Under the pieces are notes generated by a model. It was not told where the DNA came from and made no database searches. It saw nothing but the letters and a program-made list of their open reading frames with translations. Positions 41,940-56,444 of a stretch of 64,000 nucleotides of DNA are shown here, piece after piece. Source of the stretch: Tubiluchus corallicola (Eukaryota; Animalia; Priapulida); contig JAQGDQ010000493.1 in NCBI GenBank assembly GCA_030141605.1, positions 101,236-165,235 of the forward strand. Reading direction: 5' to 3'. Within the stretch, counting starts at the first letter, position 1. Every line of letters starts with the position of its first letter. The position numbers and the translations under genes are program-made.

Positions 41940-44900
41940 TTAACGGACATGAGAAAGTGAAAAGTCAGGTTCTGTAACGGTCTGCGCAATAATCTTCTTA
42001 CAAAATTTCCGTTTACCTGCAATGAAAACTGTTTCCCATGAAAGCTTTTAAAGACAAATGTGACGATGACAACAACACCAACAACTTGACCAAGCTTTAA
42101 TGATCACGCTCTTTGTACTGGATTCAAAAACACAACACTTCTAATAATCATACAACCTTAATGCTTGCTTAATTGTTGAAGTGCTAGTTACAACATTTTT
42201 GCACACAACGTTGCAAGTACATAAAACATGACTTATTTCATACATTCTTTAGAACAAAATTGGCATTATAAAAACGCCTAGGAAAATTCCATTAAAACAA
42301 TTGGTTATTTGTTTTACTTTCACATTACCTAAAATTAATTCAACATTCTATAAAATGCGTACGAACAGTATACCCGAAACAAAAGACTTGCATACTTTAG
42401 CTAATAAAACTTTTGCATTACATTTAAATGCCTAGAAGAAATTATTTTAAACACTTTACCTAGTTTGTTTTGGCACGTCATAAAATACCTAGGCATTTTA
42501 TAGAATGCCCGGTTTCTCACCTGGACTGTAGCATGGTTATGTACCATGTACATAGGCGTATATATATTCAAAGGCATAGGCATATATATTCAAAAAATAG
42601 TCGTCGAAACGCTCCTAATGTAATCCTTGGAAAACAGATGCACATCGCAAGAAAAATCAAGAAAACTGCACACTACTACCTTTTATTTCGTTCCTGTCTA
42701 TGATAAAACCTACGAACGTTTTTCCATGAAATTGTACTGTATTTTATATTTATAGGTGTAAAACGGAAAATTGGCAAAATACCTAACACTTGTGAAGAAT
42801 GTTTTCTACAATCATTAATATCTATATTTCTCTTTAATCGTCATGGGACTCCCTGCGAATGTTACCAGATTTTTTTAAAGTTCGCTGTTTCTATAAGTAA
42901 CCTCAATAAATTAATTTCTAAATATTTAATCTAAGCTTTTGTTAAAATTATCTAAGCTTAAGAAAACTAAATTTTTGTTAACTTAATCTAAATCCAAATG
43001 TTTTTGAACTTTTTAAATAATAAAATACTTAAAATAAATTCGCTTAGTATTACTCTATTTAGATCCACGTAACAAGTTAAATCTATTATAGGTTATTACT
43101 GCCTTGTTTTGCTCACCGCTATATAAAAATAAATAGTGTTAAATTTATATTACTTTTACAAGTATTTGTTATTTTGAAATTACATTTGTAAGGATGAGGA
43201 GGAGACCATATATATATAATTATGGTAAAAAAAGTACTCACGGAGTTGATTAAGTACAGCAACACGGCAGTTGGTAGCAACCTGTTGAAATAAAACAAAA
43301 AGTTGCATTATTCATTGGAACAAGTTACAACTAATATCAAATTATCATAATTTACGATTAGTAATTTCTGTCATAATTTACGAACCGCCGACACACTGTG
43401 ACATGGTTTTACCCGCAATTTCTGCACAAAAATCCGATATTTTGAATTTTAATTGTGAAACATCGGGCATGCGACTATGATGCACCGTTTCTACCGGGAA
43501 TTTTACGCGACACCATGCTGCGGAACTCACGCACAAAACCGGCTGAATTTCATTCAATTCCCAAACACCCTCTTTTCACCATCGATCACTGTCAGCCCCC
43601 CTCCGAGTGGTGCAAACACATTTTTGCACAGTGCAAACACTTACGACATGGCAGGCAACGACGCCATGACAGGTAAAAGAAACAGTGTTTACTTGCGGTG
43701 GCAAAACTCGCAGAAAAGGTTTAGTCGTAAGACTGCTGTTACAGTACCTACAGAATTCTATACAACTGAAGACACATACAGTTAACAATTAAATAGGGAG
43801 TAACTAATTCTTCGAGTCTGGTTTCACTCATCAAAACAACACTGTCCTGCACTAAATAGCGCGCGCAACATTGTATAAACTACTTGAAACAGACTATAGT
43901 ATCAAAAAACTAGAATAGAGTGATTTTCTCAGTACTAACGGTGATTTAACAGAAGATTGAACAAGTGAAATTGATGCTTATATTACTTCAAAAACCGGTC
44001 TAGTCGTCAAGAATTTAGGCCTACAAACAGTCAGTGTCACAAATAAACTTGTTGACTAAATGTCTTCCATCAGTTCGGCCAATGTCATAATATTGGGGTT
44101 TCAAAAAAAAACTCACGAAACAAATATGAATGTACAATTTACTGCACATTTGAAATGCAACAACTAAACGCATCACCGAAATCAAATAAACTCCTGTAAA
44201 TATGTGCATTATTTTCTAAGTATCGAGATTCCAAGAATCCATGTACACTGTACAACGCACGCTGTAGAAGGTTCACATTTGAGCGGCATTAACAGGTCTC
44301 ATTTACGTCCACGCTTTTACGCGAACCATATTGCATTAATACAAATTTTGTCTATAATAACTGTCGTTCGCAGCGAATAGTAGAGACGGAGGGTCGTTTA
44401 AAAATCCGTAAATTTAATAAAAACTACCGGCGAACGCGAATTTAAAATCACAAATTCTCGATTAAGAACAGCCGTTTTTTTATTCTAGGCACACGTCTTC
44501 ACACAAACACGCATATCGGCGGTTCGTTACAAGCGTCACAGGCAATCAGAAGCGTTATAACGCATTGTTATGAGTAAAGAGCACAGTTAATGATTCACAA
44601 ACACACAAACTCATGAATAACTCCATCAATTTAATTTGCGGTAACTTTTCAAGAAATAACTCAGAAGCAATGCTTGCGCACAGGAAAAATTATATTCGTT
44701 CTATTTCGGTTTTTAGACTTTTTTGGCCGCATCGTTTATAGCGATTACAGTTCCATCGATTACATATTTTTAATCGTATTATTTGGACTCGTATACTCAA
44801 CCACTTTTGGCAAAATAATAATAAACATCTTAGTTTTAATAAAAACGTAATAAAAAAGCTAAGTTGATATTATTAAAAATTCATGGTAAATTAATTGTTT

Positions 44901-44987
44901 CTAACTTTCATGAAACAAATTTTGAAGAAGGGATAAACTGGCGGAGTGCCAAGTCATATTTCTAGTCCTACTCTTGAATTCACTTAC

Positions 44988-45296
44988 AACAGCAAGGGTA
45001 AGGTAACATGCATTTCATCCTTAGACGCCACGTGTAGAAAACTGTGAGTATAAAGTTCTCCGAGGAGGGGCCGGCGAGGGGCACCCCCGGCTCGCCTACG
45101 ACAGCCCGTTTGTCCGACGATTCGCTTTTTTTCGACGAAAATTTCCGACCACAAAGTGTCGTTCCCGGCTACAGCCGAAGCACGGGTTAATATGCGCGAT
45201 TTGTCGCACGATCACATCCGAAATTTGTTTCTGTGTTAAGCACGGTTCATACAACACTACACAACACGCACGATAATGGTCAACACCGAACAACAC
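44988..45296 (-). other. Candidate FGF exon with 5' UTR and start codon (MHVTLPLL, phase 2)
   Basis: Acceptor cttttcag| at 45297, strong donor |gtaagt at 44987, ATG at 45013 giving 8 hydrophobic-leaning codons plus 2 nt, like the short phase-2 first coding exon of vertebrate FGF8/18. Lies in a CpG-rich region. An alternative ATG at 45018 (MKCMLPYPCC, phase 1) exists. Confidence 0.45.
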
Positions 45297-45685
45297 CTGA
45301 AAAGCAACTGGCTTAACTAACTTTATGATACCAGCCAGGGGCTAGCTAGAAATTTCATTGACCAAATGAAGGTCAGCCACGTGATGTCGGTCCACCAATC
45401 GTCGAGCGGCATGCTACATTGTACGCTGCGACCACACTGTGCTTCGTCCAGCAACTATTGTTTGGGCAAAACCCTTCGTCGCAAATTATATATCCCAGTA
45501 AGGGTATTGTCTCTGTAATGACGTCACTGGTTATCCGAGTCTGCGCAGTATGCACTTAGCAGTATTGGTTGTCAGTTGCAGTCTAGTAAATAGCCGAGAC
45601 TGTTACACAAACTATAAAATAAAATGCAACTAACTTAACGATAGAACTGACTGCGCAGCATGCATTATGAAAATTTAGAACATCG

Positions 45686-45830
45686 CTCACTCGCACACGA
45701 ATGTCATCTGCTCGGGTCTGCTAAACCGTGTCTGAGTTGGGCAAATATTCGCGCTGCCAGCGCATGCGCTCAACACTCAAAGCCGTTTATAAGGCTCAGG
45801 TGGGCAATACAATGAAGGAATTTGTTCGCC
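45686..45830 (-). promoter_or_regulatory. Probable FGF promoter and short non-coding first exon
   Basis: Minus-strand TATAAA at 45786-45791; palindromic AGCGCATGCGCT (NRF1/P3A2-type site) at 45759-45770; donor |gtgagc at 45690; CRE TGACGTCA at 45519-45526; locally high CpG from about 44.3 to 45.9 kb. Confidence 0.45.
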
Positions 45831-47624
45831 AGCAAAGCGAAGTGGTGCTCCTTCGAAATTCTTGCCCCCGGGTTATAAAGGACTATGCCGCATCTTTTTC
45901 CAGGTTGTTAGTATTCCATCTTGTCTATTAGAGGGCGCTACTACAGTTGCGTAGTAGTATGTCATGTTATAAGTTGGTTTAATGTTTTTGTTTAATTCAA
46001 CTCGAATAGACCAGAGATAAAAGAACATTGTTTTACATAAACTAATACAATCTTTTACATCACCCCATATATGAGCTTCATTCATTATAATTATTCCACT
46101 ATAAAGCACTAAATGTTTTTATCACGTGATTCATCACATAATTATCAGTTTATATTCATTACTTCTTATTATTTAACAAGCCCTGCTTTTTGATTGCCCG
46201 CAACGCATTTACATTTATATATAAGCAAACGTAGTGTGAGACCTTTCTTGTTCAGAAATAGTAAAAAAATAAATTGTATGATATTCATTGTAGGTGTTGT
46301 TGCAAGTGTGTTATGTGAAATAAATGACTTATGCATGATCTAAGTACGTGCTTTTGTCTTTACACTTTCCAATTTTGAATTTTGAAACATGGTTTTGGAC
46401 GTGATGAAAAAAATTTACACGAAGACGAAGCTGCAGTTCGAATAGCACAAAATTTCTCTACTAAGTTTGTTCCATTCTAGAATTTAATTTACAGTTTTTT
46501 TTAAAAACGTGTATAACTACTCTACATTTGATAATACAAATTTGAAGAGAGTTTTCAAAGATATCAGTAAATGCGAATATAGTCTTGATAAGAATAAAAT
46601 GAATACTGTTCCCCTTTTTTTGGACAAAATAAGAACTTCAGTTTTTTTTAAGTAACGTAAAACTGTACAATATACTTGAATAAATAACAACTGTCGGATT
46701 TCTATGTATTAGTAAATTTTATTCTTTTTAGACATTATATAGCAAAGCAAGTATTCTTCTGCTTTAGCTCTACTCCATATAACACAAAGTGCTTTATAAT
46801 TTGATTCTATTTAAACCCATTCCAGAATCAAAAAAATAATAATTGATGTACACTGTTTGCACTTTTGTAAGTTTTAGACTTTCAGGGCTTTTTTGGAGTC
46901 TAAAATCAAGAATTTGTACTGCTTTCTAGTTCGAATTTGTCGATTTTAGTTTCTGGAAAAGACCTCATAAAGCATATAACGTGCAGGTAATGAATGTTTC
47001 TGGGGCTTCGTCCCGGCCCCACTGGGGAACTTACAGGCCCCCTAGCTAATTCTTGACTCTTGATTTCGGTTTATGACGGCGTGGAAACCCTACATACGAC
47101 ATGGTAATTAAAAATATCCCACGTAGGCCTACATCAATTTAATGGCACGATATCTGGCGAAATAGACCTGTTCTTTACTCGTGTACGTCGCACCTGTTCG
47201 TCAGACCACTACACGAATTACCATGTGAAAAACACATGAACTTAAACCTCAAAAATCCCGTCGGTATATGGCTTATCGATATGTTATCAAACGTACAATT
47301 GCTCAATATATTTTTTCAATATATTACTTGTCAAATGTCAATAATGCATGGATATTATACGCGCTTTCACTCACGACCACTGAACGTATTCATATGGAGA
47401 TTGGACCCGTCTTTAAATAGTGACGTATGTAATGTATGTGTGTGTATCATATCAGGCCAAGTACACCTCTAATTCATTGCCAAGACCTTGTGGGTAGGTG
47501 AAAATAGCTAAAGAGGCTTCAACTGTGGCTTCAAGTGTGGGTTAAACGTGTCGGCATAAGTTTCTGTCAATTTTAAAGAAGGGAAATTTGGAAAAAATGT
47601 TTTAGACGAGAGAGAGAGGGGGAT

Positions 47625-47732
<108 letters not shown>

Positions 47733-49849
47733 GCCTGGAACACGAATTTCGACACCATGAATAAACGTCCATGAATAAAAGTCCAAAATAAAAAACATAG
47801 CAAGAGGGTAGGACTGTACGCACTACAAAAAATGAAAAGTGCCAATATTAATTATATTTATTTTAAGACAATAAATTATTAGTAAAGAAACGTGTATTTT
47901 TTTCTGACAATTAACTAATTAATATTTTACATTTGCTTTGTTTTATTGGGTGGTTACTAACAATGTCACAAAATTTGCGATAGATGTTTAAAAAAGCGTC
48001 AATTTTACCGATTTTAGTAAAAGTCAGCTTTTCACTTTTTACATAGTATACCACTAAGCTTTTGTCTAGTATTACTGCTTAGTGGTATAGCTCGTGACCG
48101 ATACGAGTCCTCCAGTTTCTACCCAACCAAAGTCCTCACGAAGAATTTTACATATAAGGCAAACACAACTTGCATACTCGCATAACCGCAAATATCTGTT
48201 AAGTACACACAGCTGGGGCGGATCCAAATCTCAAATATTTCAAAGGCAAATTACACTTAGAATCTCTGTTATGTAGACCTATATACTATACTTGGAGTAG
48301 TAGATGGTTCGAAAGTGCAAGAAGCAAGTGGTACGTCTGTTATGGCTCTGCAGGTGATGTTTCAAAAAATTATGAAGTTGAGCAAAAATATCTAAATCAA
48401 AATCCTTAGATCTTTTCGACTGCATATTTGTGATATTTCACATAAAAACAATATTATTATATTTTTTGGCATAATCTACTACATATTGCATTTTTGTTGC
48501 CTGAAAATTTTATCTTTCCACTGGGAAATCTGAAATTCAATAACTAATTGTTTCGTTAAATTTTAAAAACAACGAAATAGATTGTGGACGAAATACAAAT
48601 CAGAAACAAGCGAGTCGCACAGGACTGGAATAGACGAAAATCTCGCCTCTTTTTGAGCAAATTTTTCTGCCCTTTATTGATTATCGATTATCGATCGATT
48701 GCAATTTTCTATCTCCGTTCACCTCTCTGCAAAGTCTAATGGTGGTGGGTCCATCGAAATAGTATTGGTTGTCGAGGATCGATTCCTGATTGACTACTGA
48801 TCATGGTCCATTTATCAAAGAGAAGTGTATTGTCACGTGTCCGACATTTTCCCCCAATGATCGATTATTGAGCGTTAACCGATCACCCTGATTATTTTTA
48901 TCGGCGTTAGCTTTTCATTTTCTACCAGTTGGTATCAATCGCCTGAGGTGGCAAAATGTTTTATGAAAAGGCGATAGAAGTGCATGATTGTAGAGTGGTC
49001 TGGTTCCTGCGTATGAGCTTCCTCTCAAAACTGAGTGTTTCAGGCCTACTTATCAGGACAGCAAAACTCTCAACGAAGTATGTTCTATAATGTTCATGGT
49101 GTAAGAAATAAGAATTGGTTGCAGCTATGCATTCTTTGTAGAAACATGTTCTAATGACAAAATAGTATCAATAGACATTCTTAGCATCTGATTATGAAGA
49201 TATCTGAACATGCATGCTAAGCGATTTTGTGCATTTGTCGACTCCTTCTTAGCTTACTGGCCCCGTTATCGTCTCCACAAATCCTACTTAATGCACATGC
49301 TTCTGGCAAGACCGGGAGTTAGTTATCTAGGATAATCTTCTAAGATTACTAAGCTGGTATACAATTTTCAACTTTGCAGGAAAAAATGTCAATCAGACAG
49401 CTATTATTCAATATTAGTAGAACATCGGTGCTTGAATCTTTGAGCAAGAGAGAAGAGAAGAAATATTTAAAAATTTGTATTCGCGCGAAAGACGCACTTT
49501 ATTTTTCCAATGAGAAATTCAAATAATATGGGGGCATACGAAGTTGCTCATAATTTTTGAGCAAATTTGGCAGCCTTTGGCACAATGAGAGAGCAACGGA
49601 AACGCGATCTCAAAGAAAAACACATCGAATTTTGCACAATGAATTATGTGATATGAAGAATTCTGTAGTAAATTGCATTCCATGTTCAATACGCTAGTCA
49701 GGCGAGAAGCCAGTTTCTCTTATCACTCTGAAGCGCGGATTACTGATACCAACGTTGAAATTCATTTATTTAACATGCATAACTAACCGATCTTTTTCAA
49801 AAGATAAAAACTAAATGTAATTATACTAACGATAACCAACGTTTGAAAT

Positions 49850-50340
49850 GTTATAACATTTTAAATTACCCAGATTTATATTGTTATTTTAGCTGTAATG
49901 AAGCTAAAGAAATGCAGTTTTAATTATTCCTCTTTATAAACCTATTGTTCGACCCATTCTGGAATATGCGTCTGTTGTATGGTCACCCCAGTATGCTGCT
50001 CTCAAGATTGCTTTTAGAAGAACTCAGGACAGATGTACTCGTCCTGCTAAGGACTTGGATCCCTCTTCGATTTCTGCTCTTGAGCAAAGGTATGAGACTG
50101 TAGATCTTGCGAACTGTTTCAAAATAATTGGCGGTAACATTATTCTGACAGAGACAGACTCTTTCCAGCCCTCACAGAGTTCTTCGATGTCATGAGTCTA
50201 AGTATTTGTGCAACCAGCTAGAACCAACATCAAATCACACTTCTTTGGGCATCGTGTAGTTCAACCATGAATGTTTCATCATCAACCATCAGTACTTCGT
50301 CGGTTGACAGTTTGAAAAGGCATTTGAGTGAAGACTGTTT
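49850..50340 (+). mobile_element. CR1-clade LINE 3' fragment
   Basis: LYKPIVRPILEYASVVWSPQY...DLANCFKII...RTNIKSHFFGHRVVQP, with frameshifts. Confidence 0.8.
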
Positions 50341-53300
50341 ACATATAGTTACCGTCTAGGTCCTTATTTGTTTGGATAAGGTATTCTTGGATAAACTATT
50401 ATATGGTTTAAAATGTTTTTGCTGTTGCTATAAACAATAAAACGTTCATATAGTAACGCAATAATTATTGAAAGCCTTCGATTTTTAATTTAAAAAAAGG
50501 TTATCATTTTGTCCGTTTTAACATGGTATCGTGGTACGCGTCTTTAATCAACAGCTCAAATCTTTTTGGTTATTTCTATAGCATCAACCTTATTTATAAG
50601 TGACTGGTTCATCAGAACAACTGGAGTGTGCAACATTTAAATGACTGTTTCTAAAAATGTGTTCGATTCCCTAGTTGTTTCGTTTTCTGTTCTATATACT
50701 GAATGCCACATCCATGACACTAAAAACTGTATATTACATACGTAAGACCAACATGGCTGGGAATATCCATTCACGGAAAAGTAAACTGGTAACAGATTTT
50801 TTGTCAGTACTGATAAAATCAGATTTTACGTTTTTAGTCTCAAAAATGATGGTATTTTGTAGTGTTGAAATTCTTTTATAATTAGTTCTCTGCTAGGGTA
50901 GTTCTATTGAGAAATCTGGAGCGAACAAGGATGACTGTATTGGCAATAACCGTAACTATGTTGGCAACAGCTATCCTTAGAAAAAACGCGCCTATGAAGG
51001 GTGACATAATGAAGACCGAAATGCATTATTAAAATGTTCGTTAACTGGTTTCTAATATACAAATAAGCCTATTGAAGGTATTCAAAGCACTTGCACGGGG
51101 AGAAACGGTAGGGCTTATTAAGTTTAGGCAGAAGCCAATATTTTACAGAAATTGCACCAACAATAAGGCTGGAGGCGCTCGGGATAGAGGGGGTACAGTG
51201 CATGCATGCCTACAAAAATGATTTTTTTTAGAATTAATTTCAAGGAAGCCAGATTTCAGTTGATCGGAAACAATTTTCCAATAGAGTTCACAGATAAGTC
51301 GCTCGAGGGAAAAACTCGATTTATGAGAATCTGTATAAGACACTTTTTGTCTTTACATAGAACGACTGTTGATGCAGTATTCATCGCCTGTTACGTGGTT
51401 TCTATGTGAATGTTTGTCACCGTTTTAGGACTAGTAAGTTATTTTTAGTCCATGCGTCACTCTATTCTCTGTGAAAACGGAAGTGTATACACTCAAAGCC
51501 AAAAGTAATTCTCCTCCTCCGTAATTTAATTTGTATGAGTTGTAAATGGTTTCTTCATTCAGTGGCTTCACTTTCACTGCAAACTGGAAACCACAATTGA
51601 CCGCCACCCACGCACGCTGATTCACCACACTGCAAATTTGTTAGTGACTTACGTCCGGTTAGGGTACACATACACTCTCAGCCATATAATAAACTTGTAT
51701 TAGCTGAGTTTTTGCAAAACCATAGTTGTATTGACTGCGCTTGTAGAAATTGGTTCCCCGTGCTGAGTGAGCAATGGTTTTTGCTCATTGCCTGCAAACA
51801 CGCGGGCTCCCTTATCCGTCAATAAAAGTCATAAAAACATTTCTTATATCCTGTCTAAAATAAAGATAGAAATTCCGTTAAGATCTTTAAGACGGCCGAA
51901 ATATAAGGAGTTACGTCTGCTCAGAATCTAACCACATTAATCACGGTGCAAATCAATTTTGATGTAATGATAGACTCGTGCACAGCAGTTTACAGCAACG
52001 ATTTTGTACGTCGCAGGAGATGGACACATAGACAGTGACATAGTTATCTCTCCTATACTATTATTATACATGAAATTTTCTTTTATGCTTTGCACAGACT
52101 GGTTAAGAAACAATTCGCATTACAAATTTGCAACTGTAATTAAATTTAACTGAATATATAAATCAACATTTTACAGTTAAAATGAAGTTTTAAAATATAA
52201 AGTGTTTAGCTACTACTAAATGCTTTAATTGAAGTGGGAACAAATAAAAATTTACAGCGATTTGCTCTTGAAAAGTGCATGGTAATGTTACTTTGCGTGG
52301 GAGAAACGCAAATTCTTCTAGTAAGAGGATGAAAGCTGCCTGCCGAACAGTAACATATCATTACACAGAAGAGTATGGTCAGGAATCAGATGTTCATTAT
52401 TCTTATCAACGAACTTTACGCATTTTCTCCTTGATCTTTTCAAATTAATTTTAAGGTAGTTAACAAAAAGTGAAAAAGGCTAGATGATAGATGGAAACAA
52501 TCATTTTTGTTATAGACTGTGTAATGTGTATGCGACTGTCTAATGATAATTACGTATGTGGTTCCTACAAATGCATGTATATACGTATAATTCCTATATG
52601 CAATGTGTATATGCAGTATCAACAAGACGAACCGACTTCTCTGAGAGGTTAAATTTGCAATTTTAACCTGTTACGTTTGTGATAGTAATTACCGCTAAAA
52701 GTTTGCAAACAAAATCGTTAACAAAACTCAAAGTTATAATGCATCTTGTTAACTTTCCGAACATGTCTTCCCACTACTTCCAGCTACTTTCTTGTTTTGT
52801 ACACCTTTTTCACGCAGTGTATCTCATTATAAGTAACAATTTTAATTTTTATTAATTGATGAAACATTACTCAGTGAATTATATAAATTTATGAATGTTA
52901 ATTTTGATTAAACAGTGTAAGTACGCAGCTTGGGGCAAACGTGATTACGTTCATTGGGTGAAGCTTCACATAATTTGTGTTAAGAGAATACGTCAAAAAT
53001 TTCTGCTCATTTTATTTAAGTAGTTCACTGTTTAGAATGAATGATTAGTTTGTATTTTAAAATTATATAAAAATAGGCCTACTACTCGATTGCTTTGCGA
53101 AGATAATTCATTAAATGTCTTGATAAAAGACGGAAGTGACGGCAGACATCGTAATTTATCACATCATTAAACTTTCCTTTTATGTGGGCTGGATATAAGT
53201 TGCAGCTACTGGCAAAGCTGGGTTTATAATTAATTAACTGACGGATGTAATCATTAATTAAGCAGTCAAAAGAGTCGTGGCGTCTTAGCAGTAAGTCACC

Positions 53301-54724
53301 AAATGTAACAATAAATTTAAACCCAACTAATAACATCAGCGTTCCTAGAAACAATAAACTCACGAGAAAATGGGATATATTCCGTCAAAAGATTTTACAC
53401 CACGTCAAGTGATGAGAAGAACTGTAAAAGCGAAAACGGCATACAGTAACAGTAAGCTATAAGCGATATTATCAATAACTGTAAACATCAACAACTCCCA
53501 TCAGTGTATATACTTTTTTATAACTTTTGCAATGGTTTAAAACTGCAATATAGCCCCCAGTTTCGTTAATTGTTTGTAGGGTTGAGTAATTTGTAAATAT
53601 TCGAGTGTATGTAAATTTATAAAACTGAGCTTTAAAAACTCACTTTCTAGAAATGCATAAAGCCAACCATACGGAAACAAACAATTTAATCTTTTCCAGG
53701 AAATTTAGTCATCCAGAAAGTTTCCCAAACCCATTATTGTTGGAGCTGCGATGATTTTGCTAAATTAAAAAGTAAGCGAAACAAAATAACTGTTTTCCTA
53801 AAACCATGTTCCTTGCCATATGAATACAACTCTACCAAATTCGTGCAACTGTTTTTGCACCGGACGTAGTCGGTGCCAAATGTTGTTGTTGTTCTTGTTG
53901 TGTATACTTCATAAAATGCTAAAGTGCAGGTCTCATGCACATGTACACTGGGGAACTAGGGATACAGTAGCAGAGAGCGTTCTCCACTTTTTTCTATTTG
54001 GGGGTGCGTTTGGATTTGAAGCTACCTCACAAAAATAACAAACTAATGCTACTTCTCTGCCATTTCGGTGTCGACATCTAAGTATGCATACCGATGGCAA
54101 AACCTAGCCGTTTTCCCCAAAGAGGGTTTGCAGTGGTAACAGAGGAGGTAATGAAAGGATATCTGTTTCAATAAAAAAACTAAAAACATTTTCTCATTAT
54201 ATATACCCAAAAATCATACTCTTTCTGTATGTAACGTACAAGCATTAAAGTTTGCCATGCATATTATTATTGGTGTAGCTAGCTATAGTGTGGTAATACC
54301 TAAATGAAACCCATGCCACGAAGTTTTGTTAATTCACCAAATCAAATGCCAAGAAACTTAAATAACATTCATAAAAAAGCACGTCATCACAATTATTTTT
54401 TATTTTTAACATTTTTGCATCTTTGCTACAAAAATACATTGTTTTATTCATAGTGCAACATAAGTTTATGTGGCTTGTCATTCAGTCAATAATTAAAGGT
54501 AGATTGTTATACTTATATAGGTATACTATATAAGTAGTATATAGGCTAATAACACGGCTGCTAGAGCACGACAGTGGCAGACAGGTTCTATTTATTACTG
54601 CTGCTAGCATTACCAAATAATTAGATATTCAACAAATTGATATCTTATTAAAAGAATAAACTGTAATAATATACTTCAAAAGGAATACTGTAAATGTAAT
54701 CGTTAAATGACTATAAGGTTAAAG

Positions 54725-55017
54725 TGAAAGCCATGCAGCTGCATAATTATTATACATCAATTGAAGCAATGAGGATATATTTCAAGATATTTTGAGGTCT
54801 CTTTACAAAATGCTTCATTGCATCTGCAAAACATGTAAGAAAACTGCTGTTTACAGTTTATAGTTTATAAGGAATAAAGTAAATGTTACAAAGCATAAAT
54901 TATAGCAGTTTTATCATACAGTTTACAAGATGAATGAAGTCCAGTGTAAAAAAATACATGAAATATCTTGAAATAAATTTTTAGTACTTCATTAGATATA
55001 CAGCTGCATGGCTTTCA
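54725..55017. mobile_element. MITE-like inverted repeat
   Basis: Perfect 17-bp arms tgaaagccatgcagctg / cagctgcatggctttca, plus an inner pair tatttcaagatattt / aaatatcttgaaata. Confidence 0.7.
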
Positions 55018-55582
55018 TTTAGCAGACATGTACATACCTGTACGTAGTATACCCCAAAAATTGATATTACTAACTGCTCTACATGTAAATTTCACCCAAC
55101 ATCTGCCCTAAAAAAGCAAAAAAGTGCCGCCTTGATAGATACTTAATATAAAATGTTTACAGAAATTACATCATCTCAGTTGAAAATCGAAACTAAAGGC
55201 AGTACTGATACAAACCTATCATCAGAAAAAGGCTTACACTAAAGCTATAATTTTGAATATTTATTTGAAACATTGAATAAACTAAACAAATTTTAAACAG
55301 CAAATTGCATTTTGATGATTCCAATGACCAAAATTTTTGTTAATTCATCACCTTCATCATCATATGCCCATTATCTGTATTTTGTAGACACTGGCCAAGC
55401 AGAATTCTAAAATAAAAAATCTGCCCTCAAGACAGGTGAATACAGCAATCAACCCAGTAAAAAGCTAGGCACTGCTGTACTAGTGCCTTAGCAGCACCAC
55501 TCTGAACAACTTTTAAAGACCAAAGTGCATTTTAACGATTCAAAGAGTTTAAAATTTGTATAGTTACTGAACTAGATAAATG

Positions 55583-56444
55583 TCAGCTCAAGTGTCTGTG
55601 AACAGTATGGTGTGCCTTTCGATTCAGTCTGGAATAGCCATTCAGATAATGCCTTGCATCATTCCAAATGTAGTTATCACGATAACCATTACTGTCAATT
55701 ACATTCCTCGGCAACTGATAATGCTTATTTTGCCAGCCACCTCTATGTTGAAAGACATCTCTATGACTAGAGTAGTGATAGGGATGGAATTGTCGGACAT
55801 TTCTTGCATCCATATTGGCAAATCTTGGTGGCGTGAAGTAACCACTTTCTTCTTTGTATGGAGTTCTTTCCCGATCTTCTTCGGAATGGTATCTTCTGCT
55901 GCTACTGCAGGTTCGTGAATCCATATCACTGTACAGAATTGGCTTCCTATTGTCCCCATGAGATTGTGTTCTATTATAATGGGAATCACCTTCCCAAATT
56001 TCATCTGGAGAACTCTGATGCCTTCTGCTTTTGTACGAAATAGATTGGTAATCACCAGCGCTGTACACTTGATGTCTTGCGTGGTCTCTAGAAGCTGGTT
56101 TCCATTCCTTATCATCGCAGTTCCTTAAAATACAGTGATCAATTCTTTCGTTGGGCCCATTGTTTCTTTGGCACATCTCACGATACTGAACAATTTCAGA
56201 TGGGTCACTAAACCAAGAGTTGTCACTGACATTACTACTGTATAAATCTCTCCAAAACTGACTAGTGTTATAAGTGTGATAAATATGTTGGGGGAATCGA
56301 TCATTGTCAATAAACACCTCTCTGGTATCGATTTGGTTGTCGGAAATGTCACTCGGTCCAGTACAGCTGTTGCACCTGTGCGCATCATTGCCATTGTCAT
56401 CGTCGTCGCTATCATTGTCATCTTCAGTACTGCCAACCAAGCTA
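55583..56444 (-). CDS. Probable terminal exon of an unidentified gene (Asp-rich start, then His/Arg/Tyr-rich low-complexity protein)
   Basis: About 287 open codons in AT-rich DNA, preceded by a polypyrimidine acceptor ttttttttcag| (phase 2, cagtag NAGNAG). No recognisable domain; upstream exons not identified. Confidence 0.55.

Noticed and set aside
55699-56436. Second minus-strand frame open for about 245 codons with one stop, plus antisense ORFs: possible dual coding
   Set aside because: Its Met/Thr/Ile-rich content is the expected shifted shadow of GAY/AAY-rich codons in the main frame.
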